Numbered from the stretch's first letter, positions 8,605 through 17,611 are shown. The stretch: DNA of 53,847 bases from Terrimicrobiaceae bacterium (GCA_023258235.1 JALQZP010000001.1:1-53847); one strand, 5' to 3'. Program-made: numbers and translations. The notes: a model not told the origin generated them from the sequence alone.

Positions 8605-10139
8605 TGCTGGGTCATTGCTTCAGGAATGATTTTCACCGTGGATCCCAGTATTTCGGAAAACCGCGCTGCAGAGAGGTAGGCTGTGCAATCCTCCTGACCG
8701 CTTCTCAGCCGGAACGGGATTTTATAAAATGGTTTGGCGAGTTTTTTTTCCGTGGCTGCTTCCATTGACGTATCGACAATCACAAAATCACAGTCCCAAT
8801 CGTCCGGCATCGAGTCTTTTTTGTAATATCCGACCCGGGTGAAATCACCGAGCATCCATGGCAGGGGATAGTAGCTGTCGAGAATGATGGAGCCTTTCAT
8901 GAGGTAGCCGTCGGGTTGGGATTTCGCTGCGGTTAGAACCGGATCGGTGAATTTTCGTATGTCCTCCAACGTTTGCACATACACGTAGGGTTCGCTGTCG
9001 TCTGTATAAACGAAAAAGTTAAGACGGATCGAGGCGGCGAGCGAAACGGCAATGAGCGGTACGGCGATGAGCCAGACGCGGCGGCGGTTGCAACGATCCG
9101 CCCATTCCTTGAGAAAAGCGCCGAGCATCAGATAAAAAGGCCAGATGATGGAAATGATGCACCATGGCGTTTTGTAGGAAATGAGGGAGTAGGCCAACAG
9201 CGTGCCGGTGGATGCGATCGCGGTATAGCGCAACCGGGCGTCGGAGGGTGCCGTGTAGCGCAGGCAGGCGATGAGTCCGGCCAGCGCGGGCCATTCGTAG
9301 CGGGCCATTATGGCGATCCAGTAATAATTCAACGGTCCGACGAGATCGTAAGCGGTTTTGTGGTGTCCCCCCGATTCCACGCCGGTCTTCACCCACAACG
9401 TGAATGTCTGATAAAGTCCACGCAAAGCCCCGAAATCCCGAAATGTGCCGGAATAGAAAAAAGTGATGGTCAGGACCGCGATGCCGACACCCAGAATCGC
9501 ATCATCGCGTCCCCATTTTTGATGAGCCAATGGATAGGCCGGGCTCGATGGGACGAGATATTGCCAAACCCACAAAACGATACCGGCAATGGCGAAGCAG
9601 CCGAGATGCACAAGGTAAGTTTCCTTTGTGAGAACCATTCCGGTTGCAGCTGTGATGAGCGTGAAGAAATCGCGCCGGGTTCCGTTCTGCCAAAGGCCAA
9701 GCAGCCCGTGGAGGAAAAGGATGGAAAATAAAACCTGCCAACTTTCATGGATGGAATACCGGCCGTAGAAGACGAGGCCCGGTGAAACAGCCATGGCCAA
9801 TGCGGCGAGCCGAGCCACTCCTGCTCCGAAAAACCGCTGGAACCGCAGCATGGCGACCACGCCGAGTACGCTGGCCAATATGGCTGGCAGGCGCAGCGCC
9901 CATACCTCGCGGCCGAAGAGCGTCTGTGACAAAAAGACAGCGTAAAAGTGGAGTGGTCCGTGGTAGTTTGAGGGATCGTAGCGGTAGTAGCCGTTGGCTG
10001 TCATTTGATCCGCAAACCAACCGTTAATGCCCTCGTCAAAATGCGGGGGCTTGATTTCTATGAGCCAGCAACGCAGAACAAGTGCGATGCAAACAATCAC
10101 GATCCCTGGCCATGGACTTTTTACGAATCTATCGGTCAC
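8601..10139 (-). CDS. GT-C fold membrane glycosyltransferase (ArnT/PMT family 39-like; resembles TIGR03663/Agl23-type proteins)
   Basis: 512-aa polytopic ORF. The N-terminal block KPPHFDEGINGWFADQM..GYYRYDPSNYHGPLHFY matches my recollection of the first periplasmic loop (DE motif) in ArnT/PMT-like and TIGR03663 proteins. Confidence 0.65.
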   Translation of the reverse strand: MTDRFVKSPWPGIVIVCIALVLRCWLIEIKPPHFDEGINGWFADQMTANGYYRYDPSNYHGPLHFYAVFLSQTLFGREVWALRLPAILASVLGVVAMLRFQRFFGAGVARLAALAMAVSPGLVFYGRYSIHESWQVLFSILFLHGLLGLWQNGTRRDFFTLITAATGMVLTKETYLVHLGCFAIAGIVLWVWQYLVPSSPAYPLAHQKWGRDDAILGVGIAVLTITFFYSGTFRDFGALRGLYQTFTLWVKTGVESGGHHKTAYDLVGPLNYYWIAIMARYEWPALAGLIACLRYTAPSDARLRYTAIASTGTLLAYSLISYKTPWCIISIIWPFYLMLGAFLKEWADRCNRRRVWLIAVPLIAVSLAASIRLNFFVYTDDSEPYVYVQTLEDIRKFTDPVLTAAKSQPDGYLMKGSIILDSYYPLPWMLGDFTRVGYYKKDSMPDDWDCDFVIVDTSMEAATEKKLAKPFYKIPFRLRSGQEDCTAYLSAARFSEILGSTVKIIPEAMTQQ

Positions 10140-10163
10140 GCGATTGAGTTAAACCCTCCACCC

Positions 10164-10904
10164 ATGTCCAATCAAGTGCCGCGCGTCAGTATTGTCATTC
10201 CCGCGAAAAACGAGGCTGTACGTTTGCCCCCCTCGATTCGACAAATCCGCAGTGCATTTCCGGATGAAGCATGGGAATTTATCATTGTGATCGAGTTGAG
10301 TTCCGATGGCACGGAGGCGGCTGTGCGCGAAGCTATCGATGGAGACCCTCGATTTCTCGTTATAGCCAATCCCGTCGCTCGTGGAAAAGGCTACGCGGTG
10401 AAAACGGGAATGCTTCGCGCCCGTGGTGATTTGGTTTTTTTCATGGATGCCGATCTCAGCGTGCCGTTGGGGTATGTCCCGGAGTTTTTAAATCACGTCG
10501 CGGAGGCCGATGTGCTTGTCGGCAGTCGTCGCCATCCGGGTAGTATTATTCGGGTGCATCAGCCGTTCACACGTGAGTTTTCCGGGCGGATTTTCAATCT
10601 TGCCCTCCGGGTCGTGGGAATAACACGCTTGGCGGATACCCAGTGCGGGTTCAAAGCGTTTCGCCGCGAAGCCGCGCAGGCCGTTTTTTCCAGGCTCGAG
10701 CAGGATGGATTTGGTTTTGACGTGGAGGCCTTGCTGCTAGCGGGCCAACTTGGTTTTCGTGCTTTGGAGTTGCCTGTGGAGTGGGCGGATGTGAAGGGCT
10801 CGAAGGTTTCCATTCTCTCGGGATTCGAGGCCTTGCGCGATGCAATCCTTGCGGCGAGGCGGATCAAACGCAAATATCCGTCCCATGCCAACTCTCGGAG
10901 TTAA
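10164..10904 (+). CDS. GT2 family polyprenyl-phosphate glycosyltransferase (DPM1/GtrB/ArnC-like)
   Basis: Contains VSIVIPAKNEA, the FMDADLS DxD motif and TQCGFKAF, as in dolichyl- or undecaprenyl-phosphate sugar synthases. I placed the start at ATG 10164 (MSNQVPRVSIV). The track ORF from 10005 would overlap the divergent gene. Confidence 0.8.
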   Translation: MSNQVPRVSIVIPAKNEAVRLPPSIRQIRSAFPDEAWEFIIVIELSSDGTEAAVREAIDGDPRFLVIANPVARGKGYAVKTGMLRARGDLVFFMDADLSVPLGYVPEFLNHVAEADVLVGSRRHPGSIIRVHQPFTREFSGRIFNLALRVVGITRLADTQCGFKAFRREAAQAVFSRLEQDGFGFDVEALLLAGQLGFRALELPVEWADVKGSKVSILSGFEALRDAILAARRIKRKYPSHANSRS

Positions 10905-11622
10905 CATCGACCATGTGGCGACTCTTCGCCAAGCACGCTATCGCGAGCAACCGGAAAGCCACAACGCCGAACCGGATCCCGTGACGGCTGCGCTTGTCGC
11001 TGAAATGGCGGGGGCCAGCGGGATCACCGCCCACCTCCGCGAAGATCGTCGCCATATGCAGGATCGGGATATTTTTCTTCTTCGGGAAAAAATCACAACC
11101 AAGCTGAATTTTGAAATGGGTCTCTCGGAGGAAATTCTTCGAGTCGCCCTTGCCGTTCGCCCCGAAGACGTGTGCCTTGTTCCCGAGAATCGCCTTGAGG
11201 TGACGACCGAGGGCGGGTTGGACTGCGCGGGGTGTCGCGATGCGCTCGCGCCCGCGATGGACCGCCTACGGAGCGTGGGAACGCGCATCAGTCTGTTCAT
11301 CGATCCCGAGGAATTGCAGATTCGCACGGCGGCGGCGTTGGGCGCCGATTTTGTCGAGCTTCACACCGGCGCCTATGCCAATGCCACGGGAGCTTCTCGC
11401 GCCAAGGAATTGCAGAAGCTCGTGGAAGGCGCCACGCTCGCTTGTGAGTTGGGGCTGCGAGTCAATGCCGGGCATGGTCTCAACTACGAAAATACGACAG
11501 CCATTCTGGCTTTGCCCGGACTCGAGGAACTCAATATCGGGCACGCGATCATCTCACGCGCCATCACTGTGGGCTTGCATTCCGCAGTCCGGGAAATGTG
11601 CGACCTTATCGCGGGAAGGTGA
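10885..11622 (+). CDS. pdxJ: Pyridoxine 5'-phosphate synthase
   Basis: MPTLGVNIDHVATLRQAR, EPDPV, ITAHLREDRRH and ELHTGAY are canonical PdxJ blocks. The start at the internal Met 10885 overlaps the GT2 stop by 20 nt. Confidence 0.9.
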   Translation: MPTLGVNIDHVATLRQARYREQPESHNAEPDPVTAALVAEMAGASGITAHLREDRRHMQDRDIFLLREKITTKLNFEMGLSEEILRVALAVRPEDVCLVPENRLEVTTEGGLDCAGCRDALAPAMDRLRSVGTRISLFIDPEELQIRTAAALGADFVELHTGAYANATGASRAKELQKLVEGATLACELGLRVNAGHGLNYENTTAILALPGLEELNIGHAIISRAITVGLHSAVREMCDLIAGR

Positions 11623-11623
11623 A

Positions 11624-12814
11624 ATGAGGGCGAACGGCTTCGACGCTTTTTTGTTGGGCGCTCTGGAGGAAATCGAGCTCGCTGGATTGACGCGACGTCT
11701 CTCGCCGCTCGAAAGTCCGCAACTGCCAAGTGTCACTCGTGGGAATGTGCGTGTGGTCAATTTTTCCTCAAACGATTACCTCGGCTTGGCGGCGCATCCG
11801 GCCCTGCGCGATGCCGCCATGTTGGAATGGGAGCGAGGCGGATTCGGCGCCGGTTCCTCGCGACTCATTTGTGGAACGTTGGCTGCACATGAGGAGTTGG
11901 AGGCAGCCATCGCTGGCTTCAAACGCACTCCGGCAGCTTTGTCTTTTGGCAGCGGATACGCCGCTGCCATGGGCTCGATCCCGGCCATTTGCGGTAAGGG
12001 CGACGTCATCATTATGGACAAGCTTTCTCACGCCTGCCTCATTGATGCAGCGCGGTTGAGCGGAGCGATCCTGCGCATATTCCCACACAACGATCTTGAT
12101 AAGCTTGAGAGTCATTTAAACTGGTCGTCGCGCAAACATCCGCATGCACGGGTGCTGATCGTGGTGGAATCGGTTTACAGCATGGACGGGGATCTCGCGC
12201 CGCTGAGGGAGATTGTGAATCTGAAAGAACGCTTTGGAGCTTGGCTTTTTCTGGATGAAGCCCATTCCGTTGGTGTGCTTGGACCGGGTGGGGGAGGGTT
12301 GGCCGAGCAGTTGGGTCTTGGCGACCGCATTGAGGTTCAAATGGGAACTCTCGGCAAAGCTCTCGGCGCCCATGGTGCCTATATCGCCGGTAGCCGCACC
12401 TTAAGGGATTATTTGATCAATCGTGCCCGGAGTTTTATTTTTTCCACAGCCCCACCGGCGCCAGTGGCCGCTGCCGCGACCAAAGCGATTGCGATATCAT
12501 GCTCGCCGGAGGGATCGCGTCTCAGAGAATTGCTTTGGTCAAATATCCGCAATCTCGCGGCAGCACTCGAATGCCCCAATCCCGAGAGTGCGATAGTTCG
12601 GCAAATTATCGGTCCAGAGAGAGAAGCCACATTGGCCTCCTCCACTCTTTTAAGTCAGGGATTTCTTGTGCCGGCCATCCGGTTTCCGACAGTGGCAAGA
12701 GGGGCTGCCCGGCTCAGATATACCGTCACTGCGGGTCATCGCGCTGATGAGATCGAGGCTCTCGGTGAGGTCTTTCGGAATTTGCGGTCCACAGATTCCG
12801 GGTCTTCCGACTGA
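11624..12814 (+). CDS. bioF: 8-amino-7-oxononanoate synthase family PLP enzyme
   Basis: Contains FSSNDYLGL, a DEAHS block and the PLP-lysine context GTLGKALG. The start ATG at 11624 lies 1 nt after the pdxJ stop. The upstream extension of the track ORF runs through pdxJ in another frame. Related enzymes such as Kbl cannot be excluded by eye. Confidence 0.75.
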   Translation: MRANGFDAFLLGALEEIELAGLTRRLSPLESPQLPSVTRGNVRVVNFSSNDYLGLAAHPALRDAAMLEWERGGFGAGSSRLICGTLAAHEELEAAIAGFKRTPAALSFGSGYAAAMGSIPAICGKGDVIIMDKLSHACLIDAARLSGAILRIFPHNDLDKLESHLNWSSRKHPHARVLIVVESVYSMDGDLAPLREIVNLKERFGAWLFLDEAHSVGVLGPGGGGLAEQLGLGDRIEVQMGTLGKALGAHGAYIAGSRTLRDYLINRARSFIFSTAPPAPVAAAATKAIAISCSPEGSRLRELLWSNIRNLAAALECPNPESAIVRQIIGPEREATLASSTLLSQGFLVPAIRFPTVARGAARLRYTVTAGHRADEIEALGEVFRNLRSTDSGSSD

Positions 12815-12821
12815 GTTTCCC

Positions 12822-13781
12822 ATGCCAGTCCTGGAATCCCGATTCAAGTCCCCGTTTTATTTGAGGAACGGGCATTTGCAAACGATTTTGGGGGCGATTT
12901 TACCAAGGCAGGATCGGGCCGACATTGTCCCAGAGCGGTTGGAATTGCCGGATGGGGATTTTCTTGATTTGGACTGGACCATGGTGGGCCATCGGCGTTT
13001 GGCCATTCTTTCGCACGGTCTTGAGGGAAGCTCGAAAAACAGCGACATCCGGGGGCTCGCCGTTGCTCTTAACCATGCCGGATGGGATACACTGGCTTGG
13101 AATTTTCGGGGTTGCAGTGGGGAGACGAATCGGTGCCTGCGGTTTTATCATAGCGGCGAGACGGACGACCTGTCACTCGTGATCAACCATGCGGCCCGCA
13201 ATTATGCGGCCTTGGCGCTTGTGGGATTCAGCCTCGGGGGGAATGTGATTTTGAAATATCTGGGGGAGGGGGATGTCCACCCCTTCGTTCGGGTCGCAGT
13301 CGCTGTTTCCGCTCCTATTGATCTGGCCTCAAGTGCGCAGGTGCTTGATCGGCGAGCAAGCAATCAGTTCTATCTTCGGCGATTCATGAAAAGTTTGGCA
13401 GCGAAAATCGAAGCCAAGGCAAAGCGGTTTCCAACCGAGATCAATGCCACAGGCGTTCGTGAAATTCGGAGTTTCTCCGTTTTTGATGATCGCTACACGG
13501 CACGGATTCATGGGTTCCGCGATGCGGAGGATTATTGGCGTCAGTCCAGCGCGATCGGGTATATCGATCGCCTTTCCGTTCCGGCATTGCTTCTGAATGC
13601 GAAGGACGATCCCTTTCTCAGTCTTGAGTCCTTCCCTTATGCTGCGGCCCGCCAAAATTCCCGGCTTTTTCTGGAGACGCCCGATACGGGGGGGCATCTG
13701 GGTTTTGTGGATGGGAGGGGGTTTTGGATAGAACGGCGGATACCGGAGTTTATGAATGAGATTCTGATGAAAGCGCTCTGA
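12822..13781 (+). CDS. Alpha/beta hydrolase (YheT/ABHD-like)
   Basis: The N-terminus PFYLRNGHLQTILG and the HGLEGSS block are typical of the YheT-type family. The nucleophile elbow is GFSLGG. The start at ATG 12822 lies 7 nt after the bioF stop. Confidence 0.75.
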   Translation: MPVLESRFKSPFYLRNGHLQTILGAILPRQDRADIVPERLELPDGDFLDLDWTMVGHRRLAILSHGLEGSSKNSDIRGLAVALNHAGWDTLAWNFRGCSGETNRCLRFYHSGETDDLSLVINHAARNYAALALVGFSLGGNVILKYLGEGDVHPFVRVAVAVSAPIDLASSAQVLDRRASNQFYLRRFMKSLAAKIEAKAKRFPTEINATGVREIRSFSVFDDRYTARIHGFRDAEDYWRQSSAIGYIDRLSVPALLLNAKDDPFLSLESFPYAAARQNSRLFLETPDTGGHLGFVDGRGFWIERRIPEFMNEILMKAL

Positions 13782-13786
13782 GGAGG

Positions 13787-14518
13787 ATGTTTTTCAATGC
13801 TTCTGGCTTTTGCGGACTTGCCACGGTTCTTGCTTCGGCCAATCTGTTGTCAGGTTCCTGCTACTTGTCGATGGACGCCGCAATTCTCCAATTTATCAAT
13901 CATCAACTTGCCATTCCGCCTCTCGATGTGGGGATGGCCGCACTGAGTAGTTGGCCTGTCTGGTGGCCGTTTATTATAGCGGCTGCTGTGGGCGGGCTTT
14001 TTTTGGGGGGATTCAAAGTCAGAGCTATGTGGGTTGTGATTGGGCTTGCAGTCGGTTTATCCGACGGATTGGTTTGCAAAAATCTCAAACACCTCGCCTC
14101 GCGTCCTAGGCCTCACCAAGTAATCGCGGGGATCCGAACCATCGATCTCGACAAAGCCACTCCGCGCGTGCTTGCGATGGCTTTGCCACTGCGTGTCCGG
14201 GTTTCTGCTCCGGAGAGCCCCGCGATCAAAGGCAACTCTTTTCCTTCCTCGCACGCGTCGAACAGCTTTGCCATAGCCACAGTGTGTTTTCTTTTTTATC
14301 GCCGCCGGGGGTGGATCGCCTTTCTTCCGGCGGGGCTGGTCGCGTTCAGTCGCATGTATGTCGGAGTTCACTGGCCTTCGGACGTGTTGGCGGGCTGTCT
14401 GCTCGGCGCCGCCTGTGGGTGGGGTTGCGTTTCGTTTTCCGCTTTTCTCTGGAGGCGACTTGGAGACAGAATCGCGCCCGTCCTCCACGCTGCCCACCCT
14501 GATCTGATCGAATCGTGA
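13787..14518 (+). CDS. PAP2 family phosphatase (lipid phosphate phosphatase)
   Basis: Has the tripartite PAP2 motif: KHLASRPRP, PSSHAS and SRMYVGVHWPSDV. It is a polytopic membrane protein. An alternative start at Met 13871 is possible. Confidence 0.85.
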   Translation: MFFNASGFCGLATVLASANLLSGSCYLSMDAAILQFINHQLAIPPLDVGMAALSSWPVWWPFIIAAAVGGLFLGGFKVRAMWVVIGLAVGLSDGLVCKNLKHLASRPRPHQVIAGIRTIDLDKATPRVLAMALPLRVRVSAPESPAIKGNSFPSSHASNSFAIATVCFLFYRRRGWIAFLPAGLVAFSRMYVGVHWPSDVLAGCLLGAACGWGCVSFSAFLWRRLGDRIAPVLHAAHPDLIES

Positions 14519-15969
14519 AATCCAAAACTGTCTTCCTTTTTCTTGTCTCTCTCACCTTTCTTCGGTGTTTTTGGCTGATTTTCCAGGGGATCGCGCCTCA
14601 GGAAGCCTACTATTGGATGTGCGCTGGTCGACTTGCACCCGCTTTTTTCGACGGGCCTCCCGGGACAGCCCTGCTAGTACATGGGTTGGCTTTGCTGACG
14701 GGTGACTCTTTGAGTCTGATTCGCCTCGCTTGGCCTATACTCGGTTTTGCAGCCGCATGGTGCGCGTGGTTGCTTGCATGCTCCCTGTTTGATGAGGTCG
14801 TGGCTGGCTGGGTGGTGGTCGCTCTCAACGCCCTTCCGGCATTCAATGAACAGTGTGTGACAATTGGCCCATTGATGCCGATGCTTGTTTTTACTCTGGC
14901 TGCGGCCTTGGCTGTTGCCAAATCCCGGGAGGTCGTTTCGTTCAATTGGTATGTCGCGGCGGTGTGCATTTCCCTCGCTGCGCTCTTTCGGTATGAAGCC
15001 GTTTTATTTTCTCTTAGCTTTTGCTTTTATCTACGGCGTTCGGTTTTTGAAAAGGATCGGAGTTCTATTATCGCCTGCGCGGCCCTAGTTTTATTACCCC
15101 TCGTGTTTTTGTGTGCCCCTTTGGCATGGAATGCCTCCTTGGGATGGGTGCCAATGGCCGGCGGGACTTTTCGAACGCTCTGGCAGATTCGTTTCTCCAC
15201 ATTGGGTTTCGAATTGGCTGAGTTTTTCAGACTGTTCTCATTCGGTTTGGGGTTCCTGATTTTTGGTGGCTTTGTTTGGTTGTTCTGGGCAGCAAAAAAA
15301 AGTGATGAATATCAGTTTCTGCTTGGCTTGTGTGCTCCTGCGGGTTTCTGGGCGGTTTATGTGTTTCTTGTTGGCGGGAATATCGCGCCTGCCGCTTCCC
15401 TCGCTTTTATCCCGATTGTGATTTTCTTGGCTGCTCACGGGATTCACCAGAGATTCATGCCTGTGGTCGGAACGATCCTGGTTGGCATAGCCCTTGTCTC
15501 ATCGGCATTGATGCTCCGGCAATCCGGTGTGATGAGGGGCATGTGGGCGGCGATCGCTTCGGAAATGAACATCGCCAGTCGCGATATGCCCGCAAGTGTG
15601 GGAGGGGGCTTCTTGGTGGCCGAAAACGCCGATCAGGCTTCTATTCTTGCCGTTTATTTCAAAACCAGAACAAAAACCGCCTATCCCCCCGTTTTTGTGA
15701 CGGAATCCCCGGCCATCAGTAGCCAGTTCGGGCTCTGGCCGTCCTATGCCGATTTTATTGATTCCGACAAGATCGCCGACGAGTTTTTCACCGAGCAAAA
15801 GGGAGTGAATCCCTTCGTTGGAAGGAATGCGCTTTTTCTCGGTTCCGAGCTTCCGCAAACGATCAAGGGAGCTTTTGCCGAGATTCGCCCGCTGCGGCAA
15901 ATTCAACTTCCGGACGGGCATCAATTGACCGTTTTTCTTTGTTTGGACTACCAGACTTTGCCGCTTTGA
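14515..15969 (+). CDS. GT-C fold membrane glycosyltransferase (ArnT/family 39-like)
   Basis: 484-aa polytopic ORF. The GTG start overlaps the PAP2 stop (GTGA). The N-terminal APQEAYYW..FFDGPPG block resembles the ArnT/PMT first loop. The C-terminal ~120 aa are soluble. Confidence 0.6.
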   Translation: MKSKTVFLFLVSLTFLRCFWLIFQGIAPQEAYYWMCAGRLAPAFFDGPPGTALLVHGLALLTGDSLSLIRLAWPILGFAAAWCAWLLACSLFDEVVAGWVVVALNALPAFNEQCVTIGPLMPMLVFTLAAALAVAKSREVVSFNWYVAAVCISLAALFRYEAVLFSLSFCFYLRRSVFEKDRSSIIACAALVLLPLVFLCAPLAWNASLGWVPMAGGTFRTLWQIRFSTLGFELAEFFRLFSFGLGFLIFGGFVWLFWAAKKSDEYQFLLGLCAPAGFWAVYVFLVGGNIAPAASLAFIPIVIFLAAHGIHQRFMPVVGTILVGIALVSSALMLRQSGVMRGMWAAIASEMNIASRDMPASVGGGFLVAENADQASILAVYFKTRTKTAYPPVFVTESPAISSQFGLWPSYADFIDSDKIADEFFTEQKGVNPFVGRNALFLGSELPQTIKGAFAEIRPLRQIQLPDGHQLTVFLCLDYQTLPL

Positions 15970-15976
15970 TTTTGGT

Positions 15977-16819
15977 ATGGTTTTTCAAGCTCCGGCCAAG
16001 ATCAATCTGAGTCTTCGCATTCTTGGAAGGCGTTCCGATGGTTTCCACGAGGTCGAGACGATCATGGCTCCTCTTTCGCTAGCGGACACCCTTGATATCG
16101 AGGTTGGGAAGGGGGATGGGATTGATTTCACATGCAGCGATGTCTCGCTGCCGTTGGATGGGACAAATCTCGTTTGCCGTGCGGCGCATGCTTTCGCCCG
16201 GCATACCGGACTTCGTTTCCACGCCCGGATCCATTTAAACAAAAAAATCCCCCATGGGGCCGGCCTCGGCGGAGGGAGTAGTGATGCGGCTGCCGTGCTG
16301 AAGGCCCTCGACTCGATATTGGGGACTGGTCTTTCCATTAGCGAATTGGAGTCGATGGCTGCGATGCTCGGTTCCGATATTCCTTTCTTTATCCGCTCTT
16401 GTCCTGCCATCTGTCGTGGACGCGGTGAAATTGTTGAACCGATTGCATCTCTTCCTGGGGCTAATGTTTTACTGGTCAAGCCGCCTTTCCCCGTTCCCAC
16501 GGCATGGGCGTATCAGGCCTATCAAAATATGTCCCAATCAGCCGAAACTTTTTCCCAATTCCATGGTTCCATCGCGTTGATGAACGATCTTGAAAAGCCG
16601 GTTTTTTCAAAATACCTCGTCCTGCCGGTCCTGAAACGATGGCTCCTTGATCAAGCCGGCGTTCTCAGTGCGATGATGTCCGGATCGGGATCCACCATTT
16701 TTGCGATATTGGACAATCATGGCATCGATCTCGAGGAGCGCTTGTTGGTTGAATTTGGATCCTCATTTCTTGTGCGGCATTGCCAACTAACGGGTTCAAC
16801 GTCGGCGGAACTTCACTGA
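15977..16819 (+). CDS. ispE: 4-diphosphocytidyl-2-C-methyl-D-erythritol kinase
   Basis: Contains APAKINLSLRILGRRSDGFHEVETIM and the GHMP kinase motif PHGAGLGGGSSDAAA. Confidence 0.9.
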   Translation: MVFQAPAKINLSLRILGRRSDGFHEVETIMAPLSLADTLDIEVGKGDGIDFTCSDVSLPLDGTNLVCRAAHAFARHTGLRFHARIHLNKKIPHGAGLGGGSSDAAAVLKALDSILGTGLSISELESMAAMLGSDIPFFIRSCPAICRGRGEIVEPIASLPGANVLLVKPPFPVPTAWAYQAYQNMSQSAETFSQFHGSIALMNDLEKPVFSKYLVLPVLKRWLLDQAGVLSAMMSGSGSTIFAILDNHGIDLEERLLVEFGSSFLVRHCQLTGSTSAELH

Positions 16820-17409
16820 TGGAATCGCCCGACGAGTCCTTCACGGAAGACGAGGATTTCGCTCTCATGCGACGCGTGGGAATGCGCGATGAAGCGGCAT
16901 TTGAGACATTGATTGAGCGGCACCAGTTGCGAGTCATCGGAACGATTTCAAAAATGCTCGGCGGCTATGAGGGGGCGGAGGATCTTGGACAGCAAGTCTT
17001 CTTGCGCGTCTGGAACAGCGCGCCCCGCTATCAAGCGACGGCGAAATTCACAACATGGCTGCTTACCATTGTTCGCAATCTTGTCTTCAATGAGGTTCGG
17101 CGCCGTCAGCGTGCGCAGTGGCTTCCGATGGAACACAGCGATGGCACGCTTCGGGAGTTTCTCGATCCGAACGCGCGGACAGGTATGCAGCAGTGTGATC
17201 GCAGCGAGTTGAGCGAAGCGGTCGACCAGGCGATTGCCTCGCTGCCCGAGGCCCAGCGCATGGCCATAATCCTGCGCCGCTACGAAGAATTGCCCTACGA
17301 GGACATTGCGGACGTTTTGAAAACCTCGGTTTCCTCGGTGAAAAGCCTGTTGTTCCGCGCACGCGAGGAATTGCGGTTGAAGCTCACTCCTTTTTTGAGT
17401 GCAGAGTAA
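16819..17409 (+). CDS. ECF-type RNA polymerase sigma-70 family factor
   Basis: Region 2 (DLGQQVFLRVW...W) and region 4 HTH (LPEAQRMAIILRRYEELPYEDIADVLKTSVSSVKSLLFRAREEL) are present. The ATG at 16819 shares one base with the ispE TGA (TGATG). Confidence 0.85.
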   Translation: MESPDESFTEDEDFALMRRVGMRDEAAFETLIERHQLRVIGTISKMLGGYEGAEDLGQQVFLRVWNSAPRYQATAKFTTWLLTIVRNLVFNEVRRRQRAQWLPMEHSDGTLREFLDPNARTGMQQCDRSELSEAVDQAIASLPEAQRMAIILRRYEELPYEDIADVLKTSVSSVKSLLFRAREELRLKLTPFLSAE

Positions 17410-17611
17410 AAATATTGCGTCCGTTCCAAATGTCCTTGTGCGCGCCGGGGAATGGACTAATAGTAACTTTGTTTTGAGAAGGTCAGCCAAGTTGCGTCCT
17501 GCATCAATAATCGCAAAACCCCTCGGGTTTCAGCGAAAGTTTCTCCACCTCCACTTTACTGCATTCATCCTAATTGCGATGTTTGCTTCAATTAACCTTA
17601 GCCAATAAAAT

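Noticed and set aside
11240-11623. Upstream extensions of track ORFs: bioF from 11240, tsaD to 36261, qcrC from 45575, qcrA from 46906, GT2 from 10005, htrA from 40465, the hydrolase from 12666 and purC to 3724.
   Set aside because: The extensions run through neighbouring genes in other frames. They have Arg/Pro-rich nonsense composition. Each contains an internal Met that matches the expected family N-terminus or signal peptide and sits at a tight junction with the upstream stop.
17399-17608. A 69-aa GTG-start ORF after the ECF sigma gene, considered as a possible anti-sigma factor.
   Set aside because: It has no zinc-finger anti-sigma motif, a weak start and an odd composition. I kept it only as a hypothesis inside the ECF finding and did not call it as a feature.
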